Origin: Octopus sinensis
Taxonomy: Eukaryota
Reading direction: 5' to 3'
DNA length: 64,000 nt
Assembly: GCF_006345805.1 (NCBI RefSeq)
Contig: NC_043001.1
Coordinates: 44,144,001-44,208,000, forward strand
In this document: in pieces, positions 1 to 13,931 of the stretch
How positions within the stretch are numbered: position 1 is the first letter of the stretch
How the letters are laid out: each line of letters begins with the position of its first letter
Program-made: the position numbers and the translations under genes
Notes under the pieces: generated by a model
Told to the model about the DNA's origin: nothing
Databases searched by the model: none
What the model saw: the letters and a program-made list of their open reading frames with translations, nothing else

Positions 1-680
1 TGGATGAATGGATGGAGAACTTAAATCTTGCTATGGTTGTTTGAGTATTTCAGCCCTCTGTGTTTAGCCCTTTAGCATTCAGATTACTCTTTCAAATGTA
101 ATACTTATTTATTCACATATTTTTTAATTAATCACACATTATCTGGTAGCTTCAAGGTTTCAATGGTGTGTTTGTATATTTTGTGAATGACATTGTAGGG
201 TAAGTGTGAGAGGTTGGATCTGGTCAGTTTAAACATAAAACAAGTAGAATATTAAATGGCAAAGGGAAAAGGAAACATGTGTCAGTTGATCTTATTAACC
301 AAATACTCTGCTAAAATCAGTTTTATGCCTGGTTAAAGGAATTTGACAAAGGTTCATTTATCTGATCATCACCAACTGAACTATCACCACCACACTTCTC
401 TACTTCATAGCCACTACCACTGCCATCAACACTACCACTATCATCATTATTATTAAAAACAAATTTAGCCTTGAATTTGTTGTTTTATAATTTGATGCTA
501 AAGCTATAAACAATCTTCTTTTAACAGGTAAATCTAGCAATGTTGACAAAAAGATAGCATTGTTTCCTAAATCAACAACAAATAAATTCGTTTTTAAAGT
601 TGTTTTGTTATAATTCAGCTGTTTAAAAGAGATTTAGTCAAATATTATTTTGTTAAACCTACAAAGATATTTTAATGAAT

Positions 681-882
681 AAATCTACTGTAAACATATT
701 GTCAAAAATGAAAAAGGAAAAAAAAAACTAAATGAATAAGTTAAATATTACTAAATTGTATTGACAATATTTTGTCAGTTGCACTGACAAAATAATTGTC
801 AATACAATTTAGTAATATTTAACTTATTCATTTAGTTTTTTTTTTCCTTTTTCATTTTTGACAATATGTTTACAGTAGATTT
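681..882. repeat. Near-perfect 202-bp palindrome (99/100-bp arms, 3-nt loop)
   Basis: AAATCTACTGTAAAC..TTTGTCAGT-TGC-ACTGACAAAA..GTTTACAGTAGATTT, with one bulged A. Confidence 0.95.
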
Positions 883-1184
883 CTATGTGACTAAATATAG
901 TTTACATAAGGCTATTTATAATACCACCCAAGCCATTTCAGCAAAACCAGTTATTGTTTACTAGTAGAGATACCCGGCCTTGCTCGGGATTAAAATGGCA
1001 TAGTTTTTTCATTGTTTTACTTGTTTCAGTCATGTGAAAAAATTCAACTACAGGATTTATTCTTTGTAAGCCTAGTACCTATTCTAACAGTGTATTTTGA
1101 CGAAATCTATGGGAATGTAAACACTGCAACATCAGTTGCCAATCAATGGTGGGGGTATAAACACACACACAAAAACACAAATAT

Positions 1185-1260
<76 letters not shown>

Positions 1261-1359
1261 CTAGCTGAAGGTGACCCGCTCTACGCGCGGGTAAGAGTGT
1301 GGTTGTTACTTTCTGTTGCTTCTTTTCAGCACATAAAAAGCACCATCCGAACGTGGCCA

Positions 1360-1639
1360 ATTGCTGCGCCGCCTTGACGTGCTTCTGTGCCGGTGGCACG
1401 TAAAAAGCACCAACCGATCGTTGCCTCTACGAGCCCCCCTGGCACCTGTGCCGGCAGCACGAAAAAAGCACCCGCTACAATCACAGAGTGGTTGGCGTTA
1501 GGAAGGTCATCCACCTGTAGAAACACTGCCAGATCAGACTGGAGCCTGGTGCAGCCTCCTGGCTTCCCAGACCCCGGTCACACTGTCCAACCCGTGCTAG
1601 CACAGAAAATGGACGTTAAACGATGATGATGATGATGAT
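1360..1639 (+). mobile_element. Solo RTE-type 3' end with GTGCC/GGCAC units and (GAT)n tail
   Basis: Same terminal segment as at 9930-10092, which is contiguous with an RTE ORF. Confidence 0.7.
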
Positions 1640-2452
1640 TCTCCGTCTTTGTTTCTCTCTCCTTTCTCTCTCACTTTCTCACTCTCTTACTTTTCTTTTC
1701 TCTCGGACTCTCCCTCGCTTTCTCTTACTCTCTATCTTTATCTATCTCTCTCCCATTTATAAACAACAGAAGATCTTGAGTAAGTTGAGAAATAAAATAT
1801 TTAGAAAGATCAATCATAAATATCAGGCAGTGGCAACAGAAAGGTCTGCTTCAAGGCAGACAGCAAAATGCTAACATTTAAAAGGGACAGACGAACTTGC
1901 GAGCTGAATAAAAATAATAAAATATTGGAAACTAAAGTTTGAAGGGATAGAATCTGAGGATAGTAGAGTCACCATGGCTGGCATTTCTTAATGACGGACA
2001 GCAACGTATTGACAGTTTAACGGCTGGCGTAAAATTTTGAACTTGATGTAAAAGAAAATTCGTAAACACCAAGTTTTGAAGTGATTCTTTCTCACGACAG
2101 TAGACTCACCATGGCAAGCATTCAAAACTTCTTTATCATGGACGGCAACACATTGACGATTAAAAGGCTGGCGCAAATTTTTTAGCTTGATGTAACAGAG
2201 AATTCCTAAACACCCGCTCCTTGAGATTTTAATCCCCTTCCAGCCCCATTTAGACCCCTTTTCACATTTTGGTTAATATAACCCGATTTCATTCGGGTCT
2301 ACTGGGGCCACATTTTATAAGATGAGGAATTTTGTCCTAGAGGTGACGCCTTTCATTTGAGGAAAAAAATAGTTGTCATGCAAACTTGCCAGCACTTTTA
2401 ACATAGGTGTGCATATTTTCAGCTGAATCGACCGACTACGTAATGCACACAT

Positions 2453-2537
<85 letters not shown>

Positions 2538-3023
2538 ACGCATTATATATACAAATGTATACAAATGAGATATATATCTGTATAAATTAAATTAGAGATA
2601 AAACCACTAATAGGCAAATCAAACAGTGAAAAACCAAAAACAAAAACATATGAAAAAGAGAGGAAATAGCGAGAGTGACAGATACATTAAATAACGGGGT
2701 GGAATTGTCAAAGTTATAGATGAAGAGGAGTGAGAGGGTAATGGAGGAAATAGCGTGAGTGAGGAAGATGGCCCCTAGCAACCACACCTTTTAAGCTAGG
2801 GATTTCTAAGGTAGCCCACGGGCATCGTCACCTCATTCTACAGGTTCCTGTAAATTTTGGAGCGAATCGAACGGGACGTAGTGGCATTGAAAGCGATCCA
2901 AGCGGTAAAAACACATTTCAATTTTATATATATAGAGATATATATATATGACAGACTCCTTTCAGTTTCTGAGTACAAAAACCACTCACAAAACTGAGGC
3001 TATAATATATATATATGTGCGTG

Positions 3024-3067
<44 letters not shown>

Positions 3068-3778
3068 TAGCAGTAATACCTGTCGTTCATCGGATAATTA
3101 CTTTTACTCTTCTCAGGAGTCACATTCAAAGTATTATTATATATATAATAGATTTTTCAACGGGGATTTCAGGGAAGAGTTTCAGGGAGTCGCTAGCGAT
3201 GTATCGTGATGATCAAAAATACAGCCTACTAAAATTTGGTTAAGTGATTCAAACTGCAGACTCAACGCAAAATGGTCACATTTAATTCAAAGCATTAAAA
3301 ATGTTATGAAAACAATTGGTATGTGTTCACAAAGTCCAAACGATTAATACGAAAAACCCCTCCAGGCTACATCCTGAAAACTCATTTCTTTGCCGAATTT
3401 CTACAATGTTTACGGCGATTCGTTTTTATAACTTGATTTTTTATTTTTCATGCAATTTACGCATGCTTGCACGCATGGTGAACACAGTTCACGTCAAACA
3501 GCTGACTGAGTAAAGTTCACTATTCAATGCATGGGATAAGGCCTAAACAAACACATTATCGATTTTTGCACTTGTGAGATGAATTTCGGAACAGAAATAG
3601 CGCAGTTCAATTTTCATTCGCCTAAACTTTAAGTGACCCATTTTTGGTGGTTCTATGATTTGTTGGCTAGGAGATGTGCCGGGAAGTTAAACACACAGAC
3701 ACACACACAGATACACACACAGACACACAAGTTGAGTTTTATATATATAGATATATATACACACATATATATAAAGAA

Positions 3779-4000
3779 GGCGGGGAACTGGCAGAAACGA
3801 TAGCATGCCGGGCGAAATGTGTAGCCGTATTTCGTCTGCCGTTACGTTCTGAGTTCAAATTCCGCCGAGATTGACTTTGCCTTTCATCCTTACGGGGTCG
3901 ATAAATCAAGTACCAGTTACGCACTGGGGTTGATGGAATCGACTGTCTGTCTCTCCTTGTTTGTTCCCTCTGTGTTTAGCCCCTTGTGGGTAGTAAAGAG
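3779..4000 (+). mobile_element. SINE, family A (tRNA-like head)
   Basis: Near-identical to copies at 7491, 21739 and 46015; GTTCAAATTCC B-box-like motif. Confidence 0.8.
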
Positions 4001-5184
4001 GTATATATATATAAAGAGTTATTTCCTTTGCAATGGTTTAATATCTTTAGATTAAACTGCTGGAGTGAGTCATGTCCCTTGTATTAAAGACTTTTGTTAC
4101 CTGAAACATAAGGAGTCTGTGTATCGATTTTTTTAATGGCTTTGCGGGGTGACTGGGGAAATGTAAAGATGTGCACGACCACACTTGGACGGTTTCGAAT
4201 GACCATAGAAAGTGCAAGCCCTCTAACTGAAAATTTGTGGATTTGTATAAAGGATACACACGCAAACATTTTGCCGTTTATATATATAAAGATTTTTTTT
4301 ATATTTCATCACTAGTAGTTAAACATTTAATTTCAATGTGTTTAGTACTAATAGAGAGAATATACTATAAAGAATAACTGCTGTTACCTTATAAGATATA
4401 TGATTGTGCAATTTTTATATATTTTTAAAATGTTTTAATAAAATATTTAATGGAAAATACCTACAATTTGACAATTACACCTTGTTTTTCAGACTCAGAT
4501 CACACAAACTTATTTATTTTTATACATATGAAACTTTATTTGTATGATTTTAGAGAAAGTTGGAACTTGTTATGCTCATGATTAATCTAGTATTAATGAA
4601 CATGATTTTGAGTGCTGTGAATGTGAAAAACACTATATTGAACCTACTGACATCAGAATATTCCTCCACATAATCTTGTACAGTAACAATCACTGACAGA
4701 CAGTCTATGTACTTCAGAAAACATGCTGGCCCTTATTTTTGAGACTATGTTGCACTGATAAAAGACATCTTTTTCTCTGGGTATAAAGTATGCTGCAGGT
4801 TTTATCTAAGAAAGGATTTTAACATTGCAAGCTAATGAAAGTGTCAACAGTCATATTGTATATTTTTGCAGCCTATGAAAACATGTTATACTGCTAGTAC
4901 GTAGCATGTACTTAGAGTTAAGTGGCCTAACCATTGTGAGTTAAGTGCTTTTTCAGAAAGACAGCATTGTGTCAGGATATTAATCCAACAGATTAACATC
5001 TTAACTGTTCAGCAACTTAAAAGTAACACAATCTTGTTCTGATGTTCAAATTCCTAGTTGGTTGCACTACTCACATCACAACAAACTAATGAAGCCATTT
5101 TATAATTAGTAGCAAAACAGCAAAATGAGAATTACAGTTAGCAGTATTTGTAGCTTGTCATGTAAGTATTCATAACATCCTTAG

Positions 5185-6390
5185 CAGAGCTGGATTAAGT
5201 ACTTAACCCTAAGTACTTAAAAGATTTTGGTGCCCCCATATATATGTAATTTAAAATATAAACAGCAATAGACTATAAAATAAATTTTTATTTTTCAAAA
5301 TGAAATGAAACTAACAATGAGATGAAAAATAATGTTTATTTTTGTAAACTTCCACTCTGTTTATATTTGAAAAGGTTCTTTTAATTGTTAAGTCTTTGAC
5401 CAAATCCTCAAAATTAATCTCACATACCTCATCTGTTTCTATATTAATAGAGATAAAGCAGTCAGCTGGCCTTGTTGCATAGTTGTTCTGATGAGATTTT
5501 TAATATAGTTCAACTGAGAAAATGAACACTCAGCTGAGAAAGATATATGAAAGATAATGTCTATGTTTGGAAACATACACTCAATATTGTCATCTGTTCA
5601 GTATGACTGAATCTTGTTTTACTTTTTTTTTGTGGCACTAAATTTATGGCACACTAATGATACGAAATTTATCTTTGGTGATCACATATACTTCTAGTGC
5701 ATCTCTGTCATTGTTATTGGGTGCCCTCTTCCTGATATGGTTGTGAATTTGTGCTGCTTTGTAATCAATGTCTTGTAGCATTTCCGTTGTAGCTGCTTCA
5801 TACCATTCAAATTCAATTTGTGAAGTGTACAGTTGGTCAGTTAATGATCTATACGAATCTGTACATGTTTTTAAGTTTACATCCTCGATCTGTAGAACTC
5901 TATGAAAATTTTGCATAATTTCATTCCAAAAATTCATCTTAAAAATGAATTCTAGATCTTGCATCTTATTTGCAATATCATTTGCTTCACTTTTGATTTT
6001 TCACTTTTGTGACAGTTCTTTATCTTTACAGTCTAAACACTTCCAAAATTTTTAGGAAAAAATTCAAAATGGTTGCTGTTGCCATAGCATGTGCCTCCCA
6101 TATGGTATTAGAGAAGGATTTTAAAGCACTTTCATTTCCAAAACAACCTTTCAGAATTTTCCACCAGTTGGTTGAGATTGAAAAATAGGTATAAAGCAAC
6201 TGCACTGTAAAGAAGAAATCTTGACAGCAGTCAACAGCATTTCAGCCTACCACATTCAGTGAATAAGTTGCACAGGTTACTTATATAGCAAACTTGTTTG
6301 TTTATAAGGTTTTTGTTGCATCCTCTTATAATTCCTAGACATTTTAGCAACATTATCATAAGACTAGCCTCCACATTTTGGAAAGTTTAA
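5185..6390 (-). mobile_element. Decayed hAT transposon (ZMYM1-like transposase C-terminal part and 3' TIR)
   Basis: Minus-strand fragments ..DLEFIFKMNFWNEIMQNFHRV.. and SAECSFSQLNYIKNLIRTTMQQGQLTALSLL (hAT dimerisation-like); terminus CAGAGCTGGATTAAG at 5185. Confidence 0.7.
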
Positions 6391-6419
6391 CTTACAAATT
6401 TCATATAAGTACAGCTATG

Positions 6420-6866
6420 ATACCAGTGCCGGGGGCTCATAAGAGACCATCCAAACATGTCCATTGCCAGCACTGCTCCGACTGCCTCTGTGCCAGTGGC
6501 ACGTAAAAAGCACCATCCGATCACGGCCATTGCCAGTCTCGCCTGGCCTCCGTGCCAGTGGCACATAAAAAGCACTATCCGATCATGGCCGTTGCCAGCC
6601 TCGTCTGGTCTCTGTGCCGGTGGCACATAAAATGCACCATCTGATCGTGGCCGTTTGCCAGCCTCGTCTGGCACCTGTGCTGATGGCACGTAAAAAGCAC
6701 CCACTACACTCATGGAGTGGTTGGCGTTGGAAGGGCATCCAGCCGTAGAAACATTACCAGATCAGACTGGGCCTGGTGCAGCCTTCTGGCTTCCCAGACC
6801 CCAGTTGAACTGTTCAACCCATGCCAGCATGGAAAGCGGACGCTAAACGATGATGATGATGATGAC
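6420..6866 (+). mobile_element. Solo RTE-type 3' end with ~60-bp minisatellite and (GAT)n tail
   Basis: Repeated GTGCCNGTGGCAC-A/G-TAAAAAGCACCATCCGATC units followed by the shared terminal segment. Confidence 0.75.
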
Positions 6867-7490
6867 TGTAACACCTGATTTGTCATTTCCACACTGGTAT
6901 GACTGTTCAATTCCTGAAAGGTTAAAAAGCATTCAATAGGGTGTTCATTTTTTAAGTACCCAAGTACACCATTTACTATTTCTGTGGTGCCCCACTTCCC
7001 TTGATGCTCTGAGCATGTGCTTATTTTGCTTAATGGTTGATCCAGCCCTGATTCCTTCATACGGAAATTCTTGAATCATCAGTAGCAGATGAATTGAAAC
7101 TGGTACTTATACATGAAGCAGGTAAGAACAAATATGCAAGGCATTTTTTTCTTCAAGTTTAAAATGCGACGTTGCTGGCATAATTTCGTTATATTTATAT
7201 TCCACAACAAATAAATACATAACAGAACAGGCACACACACAAAAACAAGAACAAGCACGAACACACAGATACAGGAACAAGCGCGCACACACACACACAC
7301 ACACACGCATACGCACACGCACACACACACACACACACACACAGAAACATGTTCGCATGGAAGTAGAACTCTTTAGTTTTCTTCTCCTCCTCCCATTTCA
7401 CGACAGTTGACCACGTGCTTTTCAGCTTTTCACGGAAACACTCGAAGTGAAGTGTTTTGATTTTGTCGAGTTATATCGAAAGAATGCCAA

Positions 7491-7721
7491 GGCGGTGAGC
7501 TGGCAGAAACGTTAGCACGTCGGGCGAAATGCGTAGCCGTATTTCGTCTGCCGTTACGTTCTGAGTTCAAATTCCGCCGAAGTCGACTTCGCCTTTCATC
7601 CTTTCGGGGTCGATAAATTAAGTACCAGTTACGCACTAGGGTCGATATAATCGACTTAATCCGTTTGTCTGTCCTTGTTTGTCCCCTCTGTGTTTAGCCC
7701 CTTGTGGGTAGTAAAGAAATA
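7491..7721 (+). mobile_element. SINE family A with 17-bp TSD
   Basis: Flanked by TATATCGAA(A/G)GAATGCC at 7472-7488 and 7722-7738. Confidence 0.85.
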
Positions 7722-7879
7722 TATATCGAAGGAATGCCGAATTTTTAGAAATTAAGTCTGCATAAAGATGCTCTTTTATCGAATTCTTACTCACATGAGA
7801 CGTCCGCACAGTCATTGAGATGGTTGTCATGCGTGCTAAAAATAGCAGCCAAATAGGCCTAGGCCTTAAATCACGCTCC

Positions 7880-8887
7880 GCCACAATTTTTTTTTTGTTG
7901 CATAATCGTATGAAGGCCTTTGTGTAGAATACACATTCGCAAAAATTTTCTGGAAATTACTGAAAATATTCAATTCCATCAATTTCCACAACTTGACTCT
8001 TTGGAAGAGGAATTGGTTGATGAGGATTTAACTACATATCGCAAATATTTACAATCATTGCACGATGACATGGTGGAGCGATTTCAAGATGTTATTGCGC
8101 TGAATATTCCAAATTGGTACAGCAATCCGTTTGAGGTCGAAGCAGTCGATTGCGAGGACGACGTTCAGGAGGAATTGATAGAATTATAAAATGACAATGA
8201 CGCCACAATGCGATATCACCATAATGGTTACGGTTTGTAGGAGCATCAAAGTATATTGAATTCGTAACTCAGTCAGCGGAAACATCTGAAATTACTTTTG
8301 CTTGCCTTCCCTACCCTATACCTGGTTGAATCTGGTTTTAGACATGTTGGAACTTTACTTTCTCACAAAAGAATTGGACTGGATGTGACACAATGAGGAG
8401 ACGTGCATCTAAAGTTGACAAGTTTGAAACCAAATGTATCCGCACTAGTTGTATCGCACCAAACACATGGTACTCATTAAAAAGTTTTCTTTTCCTTTAT
8501 GATACAATCATTAATTATTTTTGCATCAGTAGTTCTGATCAATGGTTCATTTGGGAAAAATAAAACTCAGTGTAAAACAAAACGCAAGTTTACCCGCTGC
8601 ATAATATAGAACTAACGTTAGAATTTTATTCATATTAATGGCAAAACTAAGCCCACAATAAGGGATTTGTAAACTATGCATGTTTAATCCAAATGGCACT
8701 AAGCTGGAAACGAGTCTACGATATAGTGTGTATGTCAAATGATAGAAGTGGGGAGTTCTCCTAGGGGATTTAGTGTTGGTGGGGGTTGTGTCAGGTTTTT
8801 TTTTTTTTACTCAAGTGGGCAAGAGAGCATTTTTGGTCTATAGGTGGGCGATATTGCAATTTGGCGCAAAAAGTTTGGGAAACACTG
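7880..8887 (+). mobile_element. hAT (Buster/Charlie-group) transposase 3' fragment with right TIR
   Basis: ..YLQSLHDDMVERFQDV..NPFEVE..EELIEL..LLLAFPTLYLVESGF.. with stops; ends AAGTTTGGGAAACACTG. Confidence 0.75.
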
Positions 8888-8893
8888 GTTTAA

Positions 8894-10242
8894 CCCTTTA
8901 GCATTCAGATAACTCTGTCAAATATAATCTTTTATTTATTTACATTGAAAGTGTAACTGCTAGAATAAGAATAGCCTGGGCAAAGTTTAGGGAGCTCTTA
9001 CCTCTGCTGGTGACTAAAGGCCTCTCGCTCAGAGTAAAAGGCAGACTGTATGATGCATGTGTACGAACAGCTATGCTACATGGCAGTGAAACATGGGCCG
9101 TGACTGCTGAGGACATGCGTAAGCTTGTGAGGAACGAAGCCAGTATGCTCCGATGGATGTGTAATGTCAGTGTACTTACTCGACAGAGCGTTAGTACCTT
9201 GAGAGAAATGTTGTACCTAAGAAGCATCAGTTGTTGTGTGCAAGAGAGACGATTGCGCTGGTATGGTCATGTGGCGAGAATGGATGAAGATAGGTGTGTG
9301 AGAAAGTGCCAATCCCTAGCAGTTGAGGGAACCCGTGGAAGAGGTAGACCCAGGAAAACCTGGGACGAAGTGGTGAAGCACGACCTTCGGACGTTAGGTC
9401 TCACCATGGAAATGACTAGAGACCGAGACCTATGAAAGTATGTTGTGCGTGAGAAGACCCGGCAAGACTAGTGAAGCCATAATCCGTGGCCCCTACCTGG
9501 GACGTAGTCAGTCCACCTGTGCATACCTTCCTTCTTGTGACACTTGTGAAGACCTGTTGAGGCAAGTGAGAATCGAATCAAATCAAATCAAATCAAATCG
9601 AACCAAATCAAAATAGATGAACATCAATGGAATTTGTATCCTTGTGGTACCAGTGCCGGTGGCACATAAGAAAACCATCCGAACGTGATCGTAGCCAGTA
9701 CCGCAACGACTGGCCTCCGTGCTGAGGGCACATAACAAACACCATCCGAGCGTGGCCGTCCGCCAGCCCCGTCTGGCACCTGTGTCGGTGACACATAAGA
9801 AAACACCATCCGAGCGTGGCCGTCAGCCAGCCTCGTCTGGCACCTGTGTCGGTGGCACATAAAAAACACCATCCGAGCGTGGCCGTCTGCCAGCCTCGTC
9901 TGGCACCTGTGTCGGTGGCACATAAAATCACCCACTACACTCTCGGAGTAGTTGGCGTTAGGAAGGGCATCCAGCTGTAGAAACACTGCCAGATCTGACT
10001 GGCCTGGTGCAGCCTTCGGGCTTGCCAGACCCCAGTTGAACCGTCCAACCCATGCTAGCATGGAAAGCGGACGTTAAACGATGATGATGATCTTTAACTT
10101 GTAGCCCCAAGATTTCAATGATGTGATTGTTTATCTTTAAAATGCCTTTGTAGGGTAGGTGTAAGGAAAAGGATTTGACCAGTTTGAACATAAAATAAGT
10201 AAAATACTGGGGCCAGATATGGCCAGTTTAAATGCTAAAGGG
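8894..10242. mobile_element. piggyBac-like MITE split by a nested RTE insertion
   Basis: TTAA-CCCTTTAGCATT ... AATGCTAAAGGG-CTAA; the internal sequence matches the related uninterrupted copy near 64-270. Confidence 0.7.
8948..10092 (+). mobile_element. 5'-truncated RTE-clade LINE: ORF C-terminus plus 3' UTR with (AATCA)n, 60-bp minisatellite and (GAT)n tail
   Basis: [41 protein letters not shown] motifs. Confidence 0.9.
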
Positions 10243-10469
10243 CTAAGGATAACCGCCTCCTTTCTTCACCAGTCTCAAAAGCCCTACAAAAAATCATGTG
10301 CTCCTACTCATCCTCTCAAACCAATATCATTGAATAAATCCCCTCCAGCTGTAACTAAAACTGAAAGAAAAAAATTGCTATTCTGCTGTTATTTATAAAT
10401 TATGTTTCAATAGACTTATATCATACACTGGTAGTTGATATAACAAACTAAACAAAATAAAATGTCATG

Positions 10470-10920
10470 GTACAATCAATGAAATGGTGCTTCAGCTGTG
10501 CCAATCTGAATATGCCCTGTTTATTGACCAGGATGTAGTCAATTTCATTTTTGTGTTGAGCATTTGGAGCTATCCAGATCCATCTCCTTCCAAATTGCTT
10601 CCTGCCTTGGTAACCAAACATTATCTTCTTTTCTTCCTCTTATTTGAATCAAACTTACGATCATATTTCTCTCCCTGTTGCCCTGGTCCCTTTTCCAATC
10701 TTTGTATTGAAATTACCCATCACTAGGATATAAGTTGATTTGTGAGCTAGCGTTTTCCCTAACTCTTGGTAGAATGCTTCCACTCCGTTGTCTTCGTTCA
10801 TATTTGAGGAAGCATAGGTTTGGATGATCTTCTGGGTGACATTTTTTGAGAGATGAATGTTTAGCATTTTGATGCATGATGAAGGCAATTGACAATAAAC
10901 AATTCTCGAAGCCCATTCTT
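10470..10920 (-). mobile_element. LINE apurinic-endonuclease domain fragment (RTE-like)
   Basis: IIQTYASS..VEAFYQEL..ILVMGNFNTKIG and WTWIAPN..NEIDYILV in shifted frames. Confidence 0.75.
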
Positions 10921-11101
10921 TCCTTACTATGAACCCTGTATCACCTGTTGCGAAATCCTACTTTAGTACCTCATAATGGTTGTTCGGTAGCTTTGGTAGC
11001 GGGGCGTATGACCTGGTTCAACCAAGCTACAAAAATACCGGACTACTGACCCAACGGAAGGACTACTTCACGGAAGCGAGCATGTAGTCTATTTGCTAGA
11101 G

Positions 11102-13931
11102 CAGGGGTCTCCAAAGTACGGCCCGCGGGCCGGATTCGGCCCGCCAAGGTTTTTAATCCGGCCCGCCGAGCTGTCCTCCAAAATTATAAAACAAATGTCG
11201 AAAAACAAGCCTTGCCGAAATCATACAAAAACAAATATACTTTACACCCCTTTTAATACGTTTGACAAATATAGTACAGCAAATAGACGCAAGACGACGC
11301 TAATTGATTTGCCATCAATTAATGTCTTTAAATTGCGCCGGCGAATTAAAAATTATACACTAAACTTTAGTGTAAATATAGGTTCTTTTCCACTCCCCCC
11401 GTTTTAACTGACCCATCAGAACCACCATAAAATGAATTAACTTCGCTATGGAGCTACCTATCATTCATCTTAGATAATAGGCGATTGTCAGTGAGATGGA
11501 TGGTGCTGCTTACAATGAAGCAGAGATTCAATTTCTAGCTTTATTGATGTCGCAGAAAAGTCAACCTATTCCGTCAACTGTCGAGAGAGCAGATACGACA
11601 AGTATGACGTTAATAAAAGTCCGTGCCTAGTATAATAAAAGAAGACAAATATCGATTTATCGATGTTACCTACATCTCACGAGCGATGAATAGAGAGGAT
11701 TGAGCCTGACGTTGTGTGGTGGTTTCTAATCCTGGTGCAGTCGCCAATCAGCGTGGAGTAAAGTTCGATGCGCATTCCGTCAGTCAGCACAGACTTGGCG
11801 TTTTCGTTGTGCACAAGTGTGAGTCATTTGTCGTCGTCGCTGCCGAAGTGAATGCACGTATCGAGTGACCTGTGAATATGTTTTTACTTGTTTCGTCCTT
11901 TTACATATATCGTCGAGCAAAATCTGTCGACCCATGGTAAAAATGTTAGCTCAAGGAAGAAAACGAAAAATCGACTCTGAGTGTAGAGTTTTTAAGGAAC
12001 AATGGAACATAGACTATTTTGTCATAGAGTCAAACAACAAGGCACTATGCGTTATATGCACCGACACAATTGCAGTACTTAAAGAGTACAACATTCGGAG
12101 ACATTATGAAAAAAAGCATTCATCACAGTACTACCTATTCATTGGACAGCTACGTAAAGAGAAATTTGACAAATTAAAGAAGAATTTATCATCAATGCAG
12201 TTTGTTTTCAAGAAGAAGGCTGTAGAAAAAGAGAGAGAGCAACAAGAGCAAGCTTCCATGTTGCTAACCTTTTGGCGAAGAAAGGTAAGCCATTTACAGA
12301 TGGTGAACTTATAAAAAGTGCTTGAATGAGGTAGCTAAGGAAATGTGTCCAGAAAACGTAGATTTATTTTCCGCAATTAGTCTTTCTGCGAACACTGTTG
12401 CTCGTAGGGTTGAACATATGAAAGAAATATTCAATCACAGCTAAAAGACAAAGCCAGCAAGTTTGTATGCTTTTCTGTTGCACTTGATGAGTCAATTGAT
12501 GTATCAGACACATCCCAATTGTATTGTTCATCAGAGGAATAAATGCCAATTTTGAGATTACTGAGGAACTTGTATCTGTGCACAGCATGCATGGAACAAC
12601 AACAGGCATAGAGATTTTTAGAGAAGTGGAAAAGTCAGTGGCTGAGTATAATTTGGAATGGAAAAAACTAAAATGCATAACAACAGATGGTGGCAGAAAT
12701 ATGTGTGGAACCAAAAAGGGCTTAGTTGGGCAAATTAACAAAGTAATTGAGAATTCCGGTGGATTGAAACCTTGGTATTGCATTGTATTCTTCATCAGCA
12801 AGCACTGTGTGGAAAGCATCTTGATTTATCATCTGTATTAGATCTGTGATTTCCACTGTTAACTACATAAGATCTCATGGACTCAAACATCGCCAATTTC
12901 GTGATTTCTTGGAGGAAATGAATGCTGAGTTTCCAGACCTAATTACTATACTTCAGTAAGATGGCTAAGCTATGGAAAAATTCTGGCTAGATTTTTTGAG
13001 CTTCGAACTGAAATTGAAATATTTTTAAATGAGAAAAACCATTCACAGGTGTTGCTCAAAGACAGTGAATGGCTCTGGAAATTAGCATTTTCAGCGATTT
13101 AACTATGCATCTCAATGATTTCAACCTATGGATACAAGGTGAAACTTCACTCATCTGTGATTTGTACTCAAAGGTGAAAGCTTTTCGTAAGAAATTAATA
13201 CTATTTGAAAGTCAGTTAACAAGAAGCTGCTTTACTCATTTTCACGATGTGACAAATATAGACAGGAAGCTGCCACTCCATTTCCAGACTTGTTTGCTCA
13301 AGATGTCATTTTAGCTTTGAAACAACAGTTTGAAGAACGTTTTTCTGATCTTGATGCATGTTCTTCAAAACTAAGAATTTTTGAAAATCCATTTAACTCT
13401 GTTATTGGAGACTTACCTTCTGAGTTACAAATGGAAGTTATTGATTTGCAATCCAATGACATCCTGAAGGACAAATATAAAGAGGGAAATTTGATTGAAT
13501 TCTACAAATGCCTTCCATCCGACCAATTTCTTCATTTAATTCATTTCAGTTTTTGGCACCACATATTTGTGTGAGAAGACTTTTTCAAAGATGAAATATA
13601 CAAAATCCTGCTACAGATCACAATTGTCTGATGAACATTTAAATGCATTGCTTGTTATTGGAACCACTCATTTTGAACCTCAGTTGGACAAAATTTTGTC
13701 AGAAATGAAACAATTTCATGTTTCCCCTATTGATCAAAGTTAAAAAAAACATGTTAATTGTTACTGATATTATATACATTGTGATTATGTACTGAATAAA
13801 TAACCTTTTTTAATTATTAATTCACTATTTATTATATATTTTTGGTAAAATAAATAATTTAGAACCTTGGCCCCCGTAGCTTTAAAAATTCAGCAATGTG
13901 GCCCTCCGCTGGAAAACTTTGGAGACCCCTG
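11102..13931 (+). mobile_element. Full-length hAT transposon, Charlie/Buster group (OposCharlie/SPIN/GTF2IRD2-like), transposase pseudogene ~11934-13743
   Basis: Perfect 16-bp TIR CAGGGGTCTCCAAAGT; 8-bp TSD TGCTAGAG (11094-11101, 13932-13939); KRKIDSECRVFKEQW, CxxC..RRHYEKKH zinc finger, ITTDGG; several frameshifts and stops. Confidence 0.95.

Noticed and set aside
1012-3924. Short ORFs rich in YI, HT or CV dipeptides, and recurrent [15 protein letters not shown] ORFs
   Set aside because: Translations of (TA)n/(CA)n tracts and of the antisense strand of SINE family A.
9640-9930. CRISPR-like array (palindromic repeat with apparent spacers; also 6420-6700)
   Set aside because: Inter-repeat segments are homologous to one another, there are no cas genes, and the context is a eukaryotic LINE 3' UTR: it is a minisatellite.
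12520-13640. Additional CTGANGA hammerhead cores inside the hAT (and at 5488, 22137, 28978, 47938)
   Set aside because: No convincing stem II-GAAA-stem III-NUH-stem I geometry could be drawn.
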